Virus record (IMG/VR): IMGVR_UViG_3300029939_000002
Origin: an uncultured virus (IMG/VR IMGVR_UViG_3300029939_000002)
Taxonomy: Duplodnaviria; Heunggongvirae; Uroviricota; Caudoviricetes
Reading direction: 5' to 3' (one strand)
DNA: 64,000 nucleotides
Below are positions 39,861 through 49,834 of the stretch, one piece after another; position 1 is the stretch's first letter, and the number at the start of each line of letters is the position of its first letter. A program made the translations under genes and the position numbers. The notes below the pieces were generated by a model that had not been told where the DNA came from, searched no databases, and was given only the letters and a program-made list of their open reading frames with translations.

Positions 39861-41051
39861 ATGTCTATGTCAACACCCATAGTTATTCAAGGTATTTTTC
39901 AAAGATTAAATGCCACACAAGCAGATTGGAATAATACATCAGTTCCTATTCCATATGGTCTAATTACTATAGATAGTAGCACGGGTATCATTAAAATAGG
40001 TGATGGTGTTACACTTTATGCCAATTTAAAAACATTATGTAATATAAATGATTATATTAATCTTTTCAATATTTTAAATTCGAAAGCCGATACAACCAAT
40101 GCTACCTTTACAGAAAGTTGTAATGTTCCAGATCTTGCTACTGATAATAATTCATCTGGCGCTGCCAATACCAGGTTTGTGAATGCTGCTATCACAACAG
40201 CTCTATCAGAGATTACACAGACAGTTGGTACTGGACAATCAGATTTAACAAACGAACTTGTTACATTCGAACAATCAGTTGATAGCAGTATTGCTCAGAT
40301 TATACAAGATTTAAATAGTTATGAAAAAATCACCGATCTTGATACTACATTATTGGATTATGTCACTTTAGATGCATTAAATAAAATATTGGCTGAATAT
40401 AGCCCTGCTGGCGATTATGTCATGTCTGATAATATTAGTACATATTTAACTGATTATGTAACAAATAAAATACTAACAGCAACTTTACAGAACTATGTAA
40501 CGAATACTGCATTAGCTACAGCTTTAGCAAACATTGATCTTTCCGAATATGTATCAACGACAGTATTAAATACTACATTAGAAGATTATACATCTAATGT
40601 GAGTGCAAATTCCAATACTCCATTTAATTCTATTCGGGTTGTTGGTACTGGAACAACACCGGCTGATAAATTTATTGATGCTAGTAATGGCTATTTCAGA
40701 ATTATGGACAATACCGATGCTGGAAATGCACTAATGACTATTGATACTTCTGGTAACTTAGTGGCACTGGCAAATCTTACTGCATATTCTGATATTAAAT
40801 TAAAGAAAGATTTAAAAGTTATTGAGGATTCTATCAGTAAGATTAAACAATTGACTGGATATACATACACTCGTATAGATACTGGAGAACGCCAGTCTGG
40901 TCTTATTGCCCAGGATATTCAAAAGGTTTTACCAGAAGTTGTCATTAATAATAATGATACATTAAGTGTTGCTTATGGAAATATGATGGGTATTATTGTA
41001 GAAGCAATAAAAGATATAGATAGACGATTGTCAATTATAGAAAATAAATGA
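39861..41051 (+). CDS. Tail fibre with C-terminal intramolecular chaperone (peptidase S74)
   Basis: Paralogous N-terminus (IKIGDG); AYSDIKLK..GLIAQD..VLPEVV..LSVAY..VEAIK is the S74 signature. Confidence 0.88.
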   Translation: MSMSTPIVIQGIFQRLNATQADWNNTSVPIPYGLITIDSSTGIIKIGDGVTLYANLKTLCNINDYINLFNILNSKADTTNATFTESCNVPDLATDNNSSGAANTRFVNAAITTALSEITQTVGTGQSDLTNELVTFEQSVDSSIAQIIQDLNSYEKITDLDTTLLDYVTLDALNKILAEYSPAGDYVMSDNISTYLTDYVTNKILTATLQNYVTNTALATALANIDLSEYVSTTVLNTTLEDYTSNVSANSNTPFNSIRVVGTGTTPADKFIDASNGYFRIMDNTDAGNALMTIDTSGNLVALANLTAYSDIKLKKDLKVIEDSISKIKQLTGYTYTRIDTGERQSGLIAQDIQKVLPEVVINNNDTLSVAYGNMMGIIVEAIKDIDRRLSIIENK

Positions 41052-41064
41052 TTTATTTTATGTG

Positions 41065-41104
41065 GTTAAGGATAGGATGAGCCTAGGCTCATCCTATCCT
41101 TAAC
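41065..41104. terminator. Perfect 40-bp loopless palindrome
   Basis: gttaaggataggatgagcct|aggctcatcctatccttaac. Confidence 0.7.
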
Positions 41105-41224
41105 TTTTACAATTTATCGTATAGAATAAATTATATATAGTATCAACCATAGAGACACAGGAGACATATACTGTGGCAGAAAATACAGGAACAATTACTA
41201 TGGTAAATATTGCTGCTAATTTAA

Positions 41225-41745
41225 ATAACTAAGATACTCAAAAAAACACTCGATTGGACAAACGATAAAAGTTATGCTAATTTTAATCTTGGCAATATCA
41301 TTAGTTTCATCAGAGATAAAACATATGTTCTATTTGATGAAAGTCAGATAACCAGTTATAATTTCTGTAATATGAATAGTGCTTTTTATTTAGCTGTTGA
41401 TATGTCAGGTAATATTATTTCTTGCCCTAATGCTAGCAGTCTTGATATTGCTTTAAATGGAAAATCACACAACGTGGATCTATTACTGATATTACTAATG
41501 TTAAATTAGATGCAATTACTCACTGGTCTCAAAGAGATAATTGTAAATCATGTCCTGTTGTTGGTATTTGTACTGGTTCTTGTATGTCGTTATACGGTGA
41601 ACTCTTTGATCAAAATTGTGAAATGAATTATACTTCTTATATTGTTCCTTTTGTTCTTGCTTTTGAAATGAAAACTGGATATATTCCTGTTTATATTGAT
41701 AGAGATAATCTTCCTGAAAATAGACGGAATATCTGGGGTTCTTAA
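41225..41745 (+). pseudogene. Radical SAM/SPASM C-terminal remnant with frameshift
   Basis: Frame 1 reads FCNMN..LAVDMSGNIISCPN..GKSHNV. After a shift near 41475 it reads GSI..HWSQRDNCKSCPVVGICTGSC..C..RRNIWGS*. No CxxxCxxC core. Confidence 0.75.
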
Positions 41746-41758
41746 GACAACTGATATG

Positions 41759-41791
41759 AGATAGGAGAAGGTATCGCGCCTTCTCCTATCT
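41759..41791 (+). terminator. Hairpin, 13-bp stem
   Basis: agataggagaagg-tatcgcg-ccttctcctatct followed by tt. Confidence 0.65.
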
Positions 41792-41888
41792 TTAAATCCA
41801 TTATATGATCTGTATTTCTATTAGGAGGAATCATTATGTATATTTTAAATAGATTAGAATTCTATTCAAACAAAAAAGTTTATTAACT

Positions 41889-42614
41889 ATGTTTATACTC
41901 AATCCTGCCAGCTCTGTACAATCAGTAGTAATAAATTTATCTGGAACTATTTATAATTACGTATTAAATACTGATCTTACTACTAATTATGGTTGGAATG
42001 GTAAAAATCCTATTAATGTCAAATTAAATATTGCTTCATCTGCAATTATCGGATCGATATCAACAAGTACGTATGCACTAACTATCAATAGTTTTCCTGC
42101 TAGTTCTAATATTTCTCTTAATGTAATGGTTGGTGCTTATATTGTAGGTGCCGGCGGCCAGGGCGGCGGTGGCGGTGGTGGTGATGGCGGTGGCGGTAGC
42201 GGTGGCAGCGGTGGCCCTGCCATTTCCACCTTGCAGAAAATCACAATCACAAATTTAGGCACGATCCAGAGTGGCGGTGGTGGTGGTGGCGGTGGCGGAT
42301 GTGAATACACGACTTATGGCTGGGGCGGCAACGGTGGCGGCGGCGCAGGGGCAGTTCCCGGATGGAGTCCGTCAAACGGATATAACGGCGCCGGCAATTC
42401 AGGAACCCTGTCGGTAGGTGGCGGCGCTCAGGGCGGCGGCACCTCTGGTGCTGGTTCCAGTGGTGCTGGGGGAGCCCCCGGTGCGTACGGCCAAAACGGG
42501 TCTGTCGGATCATACAACGGCGGCGGGAACGGTGGCCCGCCCGGTTATGCGATCACCGGCATTTCAAATGTGACTTGGATAGCTAAGGGCACGATCCTTG
42601 GCCCGACGCAGTAG
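41889..42614 (+). CDS. gp38-like glycine-rich receptor-recognition adhesin (chimeric)
   Basis: Architecture like T2/S16 gp38: IVGAGG.GG..GGPAI..ITNLGTI.SGGGGG..GG.PG.AI.G..GTILG. Abrupt AT-to-GC shift near 42148. Confidence 0.8.
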   Translation: MFILNPASSVQSVVINLSGTIYNYVLNTDLTTNYGWNGKNPINVKLNIASSAIIGSISTSTYALTINSFPASSNISLNVMVGAYIVGAGGQGGGGGGGDGGGGSGGSGGPAISTLQKITITNLGTIQSGGGGGGGGGCEYTTYGWGGNGGGGAGAVPGWSPSNGYNGAGNSGTLSVGGGAQGGGTSGAGSSGAGGAPGAYGQNGSVGSYNGGGNGGPPGYAITGISNVTWIAKGTILGPTQ

Positions 42615-42626
42615 GAGAAATTTGAA

Positions 42627-42788
42627 ATGAAATCACGTTTTCACCTTATTGCAGCGGCATCGATGGGCCTGGTGCTGGGCAAATACGGCTTCGATGCCGC
42701 CGTGCACCACTACATCCTGGCTCATCCCGAAGTCTTGTCGGAAATGTCGGCTCGCCTTCAGCAACGCCGGCAGGCGGAAGCGTCTTAG
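42627..42788 (+). CDS. 53-aa ORF resembling the N-terminus of DsbA/ScsC-family proteins; not in the ORF track
   Basis: AGGAG RBS; MKSRFHLIAAASMGLVLG (signal-like) then VHHYILAHPEVLSEM..LQQRR; GC-rich. Confidence 0.5.
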   Translation: MKSRFHLIAAASMGLVLGKYGFDAAVHHYILAHPEVLSEMSARLQQRRQAEAS

Positions 42789-42946
42789 CTGGCGGATGGA
42801 GCGATTTCGGTCAGGCTGGATCTCGTGGTACTGACGACGGTCTTGGAAATTCTGGATCTGGTGGCGGTGCTGCCGGTAATTGTATTGTGGGCATAAGTTA
42901 TGCTACCATAACAGGAACTGGGCTTATTTTAGGTCTCACTAAATAG
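42788..42946 (+). pseudogene. Orphaned C-terminus of a previous gp38-like adhesin
   Basis: Startless frame AGGWSDFGQAGSRG..GGGAAGNCIVGISYATITGTGLILGLTK* aligns with the end of 41889..42614. Confidence 0.75.
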
Positions 42947-42982
42947 TTTTAATAAAGCAAACACATACAAGGAAAACTAAAG

Positions 42983-43618
42983 ATGACAAGTCAGACAACA
43001 GGTTTCTTAGATACCGAAAAATATTATCACCCTGTTTTAAATGAATACTTTAGTGATGGCGCATTCTTTACGTTAAATGGATTTCAGTATCATGGATCTA
43101 TGATATCCAATCCTGATTTTAGAACATTAAATGGATTTGTTGATATTAACTATCATGATACTCTTCCTGATATTACGTATTACGATGTTGTTGAAAACAG
43201 AAATGGTCCAGATATCACATATACGGCAACACCTAAAGCTTATACTGAACTATTAACTACATTATCAAATATCGCTAAAGCAAACAGAGATACTGCACTT
43301 AGTAAATCTGTTATTTATAACGGTGTTAATATTAGTATTCTAAATAACGATTTGAATTCTCTATTATCTCAATTAACAAATGGTACTATCGCTTCTCCCA
43401 TCTATTGGTGTGGTCGTATAGCACTAGAAGTTTCAGATATAACATCAATTACCACATTCATTAATCAGTGTATTCAAACAATTTATAAAACACAATTTGA
43501 TCTTTCAAATCAGATAGAAACATTATGTAATAATAACAACTTTGATGAATTAGTTACGTTAGATTTGATGGCGCCATTTGATGCTATTAATACAACTATA
43601 GATCAGGGGAATACATAA
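42983..43618 (+). CDS. Tail fibre assembly-like protein (DUF4376-like)
   Basis: AKANRD...VIYNG motif; position after the adhesin. Confidence 0.55.
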   Translation: MTSQTTGFLDTEKYYHPVLNEYFSDGAFFTLNGFQYHGSMISNPDFRTLNGFVDINYHDTLPDITYYDVVENRNGPDITYTATPKAYTELLTTLSNIAKANRDTALSKSVIYNGVNISILNNDLNSLLSQLTNGTIASPIYWCGRIALEVSDITSITTFINQCIQTIYKTQFDLSNQIETLCNNNNFDELVTLDLMAPFDAINTTIDQGNT

Positions 43619-43621
43619 TTC

Positions 43622-44131
43622 ATGTCAAGCGATCTATCTGCTGTAACTTGTTTTTTAGTACCTAAAAACCCTAATGGTATTTTAGCTGGAGAAGTATCGT
43701 TTAATGGATCTCCTCCAGATATTTGTTATGATAAAAATAGTGGTATATTTTGGACATGTATACAATCTGGAGATGCTCAGACTGCATTATGGGCTCCTCA
43801 ATCGCTCGTTGTTGATGAAGTAACAATACCGATATTAGAAGTAGACAATACAAACAATAATTCTAGATGTCTTTTAAATGGTACTAAATTTATTGTTCTA
43901 CCAGATATAAGTTCACTAACAAATTACTTCAATATTGAATTTTTAAATATGACTACAGATGCTATTGTCTTGAATTGTGCACCAACCAATACATTTTCTA
44001 TCAATGATAATACTACATATGTATTAGCAAAAAACAATAAAATGAGTCTTCTTGGGTATAATGATGTATGGTATATAAATGCATTTGATTCTGGTAATAG
44101 TTCGTCTAGCAATGCTTACTGGTATAAATAG
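43622..44131 (+). CDS. Virion/tail-associated protein
   Basis: GDI-like DICYDKNSGIFWTC motif and IVLP..W beta-sandwich pattern. Confidence 0.55.
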   Translation: MSSDLSAVTCFLVPKNPNGILAGEVSFNGSPPDICYDKNSGIFWTCIQSGDAQTALWAPQSLVVDEVTIPILEVDNTNNNSRCLLNGTKFIVLPDISSLTNYFNIEFLNMTTDAIVLNCAPTNTFSINDNTTYVLAKNNKMSLLGYNDVWYINAFDSGNSSSSNAYWYK

Positions 44132-44140
44132 GAGAAATAC

Positions 44141-44515
44141 ATGATCAACTTAAAAGACTACATTATCGCAACTATAAAACCATTTATGTTGGCATATGGT
44201 AATTCACAAACAAATCCAGTTTATACTACGTGTCTTACATCAGGATCTGTTTATACCTTAGGTATTTATCAATCAAATGTTGTTATCGTCAGTATTCGAT
44301 ATGACAATCCAGAAAATGTAACAATCAATCTTCCTGCTACTCCAGATACAAATACGGTATATTTTATTAAAGATACTAAAAATATAGCACAGTACTTTAA
44401 TATAACAATTTGTGGTAATGGAAATAAGATCGATGAACAAGATAGTGTTTTGTTAAGACATAATGGCGATAGTGCTATTTGTGTATTTGATGGTACAAGC
44501 TGGTCTACAGTGTAA
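44141..44515 (+). CDS. Tail-associated beta-sandwich protein
   Basis: VTINLPA..YFIKD..NITI..GNKID..FDGTSW is a common fibre/baseplate repeat. Confidence 0.65.
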   Translation: MINLKDYIIATIKPFMLAYGNSQTNPVYTTCLTSGSVYTLGIYQSNVVIVSIRYDNPENVTINLPATPDTNTVYFIKDTKNIAQYFNITICGNGNKIDEQDSVLLRHNGDSAICVFDGTSWSTV

Positions 44516-44519
44516 TGAC

Positions 44520-44550
44520 AACAGAAGAGAGGCTTAGCCTCTCTTCTGTT
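44520..44550. terminator. Near-perfect palindrome (1-nt spacer) between convergent genes
   Basis: aacagaagagaggct-t-agcctctcttctgtt. Confidence 0.7.
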
Positions 44551-44561
44551 ATCTATATTGT

Positions 44562-44954
44562 CTAGATGATCCTTTGTGAGATCATACTTAATAAACTTTC
44601 AAGATGAACTATCTCTTCACTAACATCTTGTAATGTTAATCCCATTTTCTTAAAGAACAAAGTAGTATCAAAATAATAAATCTTTTTAATATTATTCTTA
44701 TTAACCAATTCGACGAGAATAAAAGTAGTCGTGCTTGGATTATAAAGTCTTTTCTTAATAACAGTACCATCTTCTTTAAACATATACTTTTTAATACTAT
44801 TTCCTAAAACTTCATTCGTTTCTCTACGATTAACATCTTGAAAACTTGTAATTCTGTGATACATCAAATCTTTATTTTTAATACTTTTAATAAGATCAAT
44901 GGTTTTAATAATTTCACTACTAACATAATCCTTACCCAAACTCATAGCATCCAT
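44562..44954 (-). CDS. Hypothetical protein
   Basis: 130 aa directly after UvsX. Confidence 0.6.
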   Translation of the reverse strand: MDAMSLGKDYVSSEIIKTIDLIKSIKNKDLMYHRITSFQDVNRRETNEVLGNSIKKYMFKEDGTVIKKRLYNPSTTTFILVELVNKNNIKKIYYFDTTLFFKKMGLTLQDVSEEIVHLESLLSMISQRII

Positions 44955-44957
44955 ATT

Positions 44958-46346
44958 TTATTTATCCTTCTTTTGTCCGAGGTTGAAATACTTAGACTCA
45001 TATTTACCAGTAACAATAGCAACAATATCATAAACAGATAAATATGGAGTTGTATTTTCTTTATCATAAGTCCAAAATCCGCGAGACTCTAATATATCAT
45101 TAGCCAATCCATCTTTTCCCAAGATACCTTCTGCAAATTTATTAATATCAATTGTAAAATCAACATCTAATAGAGATAGATTCCAATTATCTTTAATATA
45201 CTTAAATTGACTTACAATTTCTAATCCTCTACGAAGTTTAGGATCGCTATCAGTCTTAACACGAATAGTCGTTCTTGATAGTTTTTCACCAGGATAAATA
45301 CAAAGCTCATGATCTTGCTTATTACCATTTAAACCATAATAATCATGATTTCTAAGATAATGATAAAATGATAAGGAAGTACGAATGCCTTCATATTGCG
45401 AAACAACAAAGGGACAAATAGAACCAGAAACGTTATTCTTATTTCTAGCAATAATCGTTGTTAATTCACTAAGCTCAACATCAGATCCGTTCTTAATCGG
45501 ATATAAACATTTTTTATTGCTATCTAACAATAACTCAACTTTACGAGTATCACTTAGATTAGAAATCAAGAATGTAAAATCAGCACCAACGCCTTTGATC
45601 TTATCAGATCCTTTCATATGCTGTAAGTCTTTAGGTGTAGCAGCATATGGATTAAGATCCATTTTATCACCAATGTGCGCAGTCAACACAAAGATAAATC
45701 CGTACTTAACAGCAAACACAGGAAGTTGTGACATCATCAATGTTTTCATCTTACCATCTGTCATGAATACCATGTTCTGATCAGAAGATCCAACATCAAC
45801 TTTTTCAAAACTTTCAACAACTTTAGTGCTATTCATTTTTGTCCAACTATCGAATACGACAATAGTAGGTCTTAAGATTTTAATTTTCTCGCCTTTAATA
45901 TCAGTAAATGGAGACTCTTCAGTAAAATCTTTCTTATGTTCTAATTTCATTTTACCAATTTGAATAATAAGTTTAAAGACTTCTTCAGGAGTATAGTCAG
46001 TTGTTTTAATAATACGAATGCGCTCTTCGATACCTTTACGAAGACTTTCAGGAATAAACTTGAGAAGTCTCTGGATCTTCTGAGCAAATTCAGTATCATA
46101 AATAATACAATCAGTATCTGGATAGAATATCAATGTAAATAAAACTTTACTAATAGCTTCAGTCGATTTAAACATTTGTTCACGACCAACTGTAGCATTC
46201 GTGGACGTTAATCCACCATTCATAATCATACCACCATGATGACCAGGAACAAAAACACCAGTTGCACTATCATAATGAGTACCAGTATTAAAATGTGGAG
46301 TAAATGCAGTTTCTTTGATAGAAACAGATGAAAAGATACTAACCAT
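44958..46346 (-). CDS. uvsX: UvsX/RecA-like recombinase
   Basis: FNTGTHYD, Walker A GREQMFKST, YDTE, Walker B VVFDSW, TAHIG and RNKNNVSG. Confidence 0.85.
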   Translation of the reverse strand: MVSIFSSVSIKETAFTPHFNTGTHYDSATGVFVPGHHGGMIMNGGLTSTNATVGREQMFKSTEAISKVLFTLIFYPDTDCIIYDTEFAQKIQRLLKFIPESLRKGIEERIRIIKTTDYTPEEVFKLIIQIGKMKLEHKKDFTEESPFTDIKGEKIKILRPTIVVFDSWTKMNSTKVVESFEKVDVGSSDQNMVFMTDGKMKTLMMSQLPVFAVKYGFIFVLTAHIGDKMDLNPYAATPKDLQHMKGSDKIKGVGADFTFLISNLSDTRKVELLLDSNKKCLYPIKNGSDVELSELTTIIARNKNNVSGSICPFVVSQYEGIRTSLSFYHYLRNHDYYGLNGNKQDHELCIYPGEKLSRTTIRVKTDSDPKLRRGLEIVSQFKYIKDNWNLSLLDVDFTIDINKFAEGILGKDGLANDILESRGFWTYDKENTTPYLSVYDIVAIVTGKYESKYFNLGQKKDK

Positions 46347-46473
46347 ATCTTTTATACCTTTTCTGAACTAAAGTTAATTTATAGTATTTTTACTTTATTT
46401 AAAGATATATTTTTTACTATTATTTACTTTGTCATTTTATGACTAATCCTTTTTAAAAGAAAGGGAAATCAGT

Positions 46474-47364
46474 ATGAGTACCAATACTATACATAATTTT
46501 ACATCTATTTTAGGATCTAAAAAACAAGAACTTTTATCATTTAAAACATGGTCTAGATTAAATGAAAAGATAACACAATTAGAAAGTATTTATGATTGTA
46601 CTGAAATAGATAATCTATTAACGATGTTCTACAGTCATCTTTATAATTTAAGTGAAACTGATAGTTACTATACTGCTCTACTTATTTATATCCAAAACAA
46701 TATATTGAGTGTTGTATATGCTGCATATTGTAAAACTGTTTTATACCCAATGTCTTATCAAAGTTTTATAAAGTTTTTCTTAAGTTCAAAAGATCTATTT
46801 GCTACTTTAAAAGAAACAAAGAATGACATATCAGATCATAATAGTAATATAGATACACATCCAGATCTCTTTACACAATTTAAGAATCTAAATATACCTC
46901 AATATATTCCAACATATGCATACTCTTATATCCCTAGTGATTTTATTGAAAATGTTACTATTAATCAAATTAGTTCTGATATAGGAAATACAATTTCTAT
47001 TTCTTTTAATATAGATGAATTAACATCAACTAAAAATCTATTAACTTTTATATCAAATGCTGGATATTCGGATATCATTTTCTTGAAAAAAGAAGATGTA
47101 CTTATATTGACTGTCAATGGTCCTGATTTTACCGAAACACAATCTTTACCTCTTGTTATGGGTATTAATAAATTTATGTTAAGTATGAATACTACATCTG
47201 TAAACATTTACTATACAGATACTTCGAATTCATTTCAGTATATATCTAAATCATTAAAAACAAACATCATAATAAATGCTATAAAATTTCAAGATACATC
47301 TATTTCTGAATTATTTGTTTATAATAGATGTTTATCTGATGATTTAATAAATTTATTTTTCTAG
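46474..47364 (+). CDS. Putative virion protein
   Basis: HNSNIDTH motif and beta-rich C-terminus; weak paralogy to 47391..48962. Confidence 0.55.
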   Translation: MSTNTIHNFTSILGSKKQELLSFKTWSRLNEKITQLESIYDCTEIDNLLTMFYSHLYNLSETDSYYTALLIYIQNNILSVVYAAYCKTVLYPMSYQSFIKFFLSSKDLFATLKETKNDISDHNSNIDTHPDLFTQFKNLNIPQYIPTYAYSYIPSDFIENVTINQISSDIGNTISISFNIDELTSTKNLLTFISNAGYSDIIFLKKEDVLILTVNGPDFTETQSLPLVMGINKFMLSMNTTSVNIYYTDTSNSFQYISKSLKTNIIINAIKFQDTSISELFVYNRCLSDDLINLFF

Positions 47365-47390
47365 GAAACAGAGGAAAGGATCTTTAAAAA

Positions 47391-48962
47391 ATGGTCAAAG
47401 GAACTATAACAGGGTTTGACTCTATTACAACTGGAGATGATACTGTAAAAATAAATAAAGATACTCTTTCATTGTCGGCACTTGTAGATAGAATAAAAAC
47501 AATTGAAAAAGACTTTGATCCGAATACTATTTCAACATTAAAAGATATTATCAATAATCACTTAATGGATAACTCAAATCCTCACAATATCGATACTATG
47601 AGTATTAATCTTGATGTTATGCAAGCTATTTACAATGCCTGGTTATTATCTGGAAATGTTGGGACTTACAAAGATTTTGAAATACAGATATTTGGTGTTA
47701 TGGGAGAATCTTCTTTTGATTCTGTTATTGTTACGAATACAGAAGTTGAAGACTTGATATCCCTTCATAATCTGGATAAGAATGCACACTCTAATCTTAT
47801 AAACTCTTTTATGCCTGGTATTCCTCCTACATCAGATCCTGTCTTTTCTTTTAATGGATTTATAAATTCTATTCTCGGATCATATTCTTTAAGTATTCAG
47901 AAAATTAATACTATTGATATTAATGGTAATCTTTCTAATATAAATGGATTAGTTGGAGATTATACATTCAATGATCCGATGTATCCTATTTATGGAGCTT
48001 TATCAAATATTAATACATCTAGTGAAGATCTATCAAATATATCATTAGTAAATACATCTATAAGACCATCTTCTATTTCTTCATTATCTAAATACTATCA
48101 ATTGAATGATAATTCTTCTACGAATATGTTTGGATTTACGTATCCATTTTCTTTATCTTCTTCAAATATATTGAATTTAAATTTTATGATATATCCATTA
48201 AATTCAAATAGATATATAAAAGTATTTATAACAGATAAAGTATCTGATTATTTTTATATTGATCTTCAAGAACAAACTATCATCTCTACATGTAGCGACT
48301 TTACAACCTATTATTCTTTTTTACCGAATGGTTCTATTAAATTAGGATTTGATTATAAATCAACAAATGATATTACTTCTTCGGTTAGTGTAATTTCAGT
48401 TCCTTCATTAGACAGCGATATATATTTAGGAACAGATGCTCCTTTATTTATTATCTATGGATTACAACAAACTATTATTCCTGGCTTACATCCTCTTATT
48501 ATTACGAACGGATCACAACAAACAATTCCTGTTAATACTTTAAATATTCCTATTTCATTAAATTCTCAAGAAGGTATGTTCGTATTAAGATTTGTAGCAT
48601 TTAATGATACGACTGAAAAAGTATTATTATCGTTTGATAATGGATTGACGTTTGTTATTATGAATAGCATTTTAACTATAACCTGTCCATACGAAGATAC
48701 GAACTTACAGATTACAACATCAATAAATACTGGAATTGAAACAGCGATAGCATTTGGATATTCTGTAGATGGTATTTCTATTCTAGCAAAGAATAAAACA
48801 TTAGTATCATTAGAAGCATATGGATTTACGATGGACAATACAACATTAATGACGATAGGAGATACTCAATATCCATTAAATGGTTATGTTGGAGAATTTA
48901 CATCTTATAATAGTAGTGATACCAATGGAAATCAATTAACATTTTTAGTAGGAGCATCGTAG
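47391..48962 (+). CDS. Putative baseplate/tail protein
   Basis: HLMDNSNPH and HNLDKNAH fibre-type His motifs; lectin-like beta-rich C-terminus. Confidence 0.6.
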   Translation: MVKGTITGFDSITTGDDTVKINKDTLSLSALVDRIKTIEKDFDPNTISTLKDIINNHLMDNSNPHNIDTMSINLDVMQAIYNAWLLSGNVGTYKDFEIQIFGVMGESSFDSVIVTNTEVEDLISLHNLDKNAHSNLINSFMPGIPPTSDPVFSFNGFINSILGSYSLSIQKINTIDINGNLSNINGLVGDYTFNDPMYPIYGALSNINTSSEDLSNISLVNTSIRPSSISSLSKYYQLNDNSSTNMFGFTYPFSLSSSNILNLNFMIYPLNSNRYIKVFITDKVSDYFYIDLQEQTIISTCSDFTTYYSFLPNGSIKLGFDYKSTNDITSSVSVISVPSLDSDIYLGTDAPLFIIYGLQQTIIPGLHPLIITNGSQQTIPVNTLNIPISLNSQEGMFVLRFVAFNDTTEKVLLSFDNGLTFVIMNSILTITCPYEDTNLQITTSINTGIETAIAFGYSVDGISILAKNKTLVSLEAYGFTMDNTTLMTIGDTQYPLNGYVGEFTSYNSSDTNGNQLTFLVGAS

Positions 48963-48964
48963 AC

Positions 48965-49768
48965 ATGATTTACAGAACAGACATTTCGTATGTTCCTTTA
49001 AATCAGTATCTGACAGATATTGACTATTATGGATTAGAAAATATTTCATTCCAAAATAAAATATTTGATTTCTTTATTAAATATTTTAAGAATCTTAGTA
49101 CAAGTATATTAGGCTTATTTAGTGATTTTAAAAGATCAGAATTAAAAGTATTTGTTGATTCTAATCATACTGCTGTAAATTCTTATCTAAAAAATAAAGA
49201 AATAAATATGTTTTCTATGATCTATATACCAACCGGAATGATATGTACGTATAGATATGCTACAGATACATTATTTAAACTTCTTGATAAAATAGATATC
49301 AATGACACTATAGAGGTTATGCATAAATTTATAATAAATAAAGAATTTCATAAAATTAGACATATTCTAGAAAAGATCAATAAAGTAGATATTTCATATC
49401 TTGAAAAACAACTACAAACTATATTTGTAAAAAATAGTATTTCTAATACCATTTTGAAAAATGTTGTTTCTTCCGTAGAAGATTTAAATTATATTACAGA
49501 TCATTTACTGAAACTAGATGATACTTTCAAAGACTCTATTTCTCATGGAAAACATATATTTGATTTAGAGAAAGAAACAGATAAAATAATTTCACAATTA
49601 GAAAACAACAAGAAAACATTTAACTTAACAACTGATGATATTCGTGACTTGAGTAATATATTAAGAATATTTGCTATTCAAATAGATGCATATGCTACAG
49701 TTATTCAATCATTTCAAATGGTAGAACATAATTTTAAATTGACTTTGAGTAAATTGGTTTATGATTAA
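48965..49768 (+). CDS. Putative internal head protein
   Basis: N-terminal YGLE matches the S/A/G-x-E prohead-protease site of phiKZ-like head proteins; helical. Confidence 0.5.
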   Translation: MIYRTDISYVPLNQYLTDIDYYGLENISFQNKIFDFFIKYFKNLSTSILGLFSDFKRSELKVFVDSNHTAVNSYLKNKEINMFSMIYIPTGMICTYRYATDTLFKLLDKIDINDTIEVMHKFIINKEFHKIRHILEKINKVDISYLEKQLQTIFVKNSISNTILKNVVSSVEDLNYITDHLLKLDDTFKDSISHGKHIFDLEKETDKIISQLENNKKTFNLTTDDIRDLSNILRIFAIQIDAYATVIQSFQMVEHNFKLTLSKLVYD

Positions 49769-49783
49769 AATAAAAAAATAAAG

Positions 49784-49815
49784 AGATACGGAGGAGCTTG
49801 CGCTCCTCCGTATCT
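49784..49815. terminator. Hairpin, 14-bp stem, between convergent genes
   Basis: agatacggaggagc-ttgc-gctcctccgtatct. Confidence 0.75.
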
Positions 49816-49834
49816 ACTTTAGTTGGTTTTCTGC

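Noticed and set aside
42649..42834. 61-aa ORF from the track
   Set aside because: The alternative frame 42627..42788 has an ATG, an RBS and a recognisable motif.
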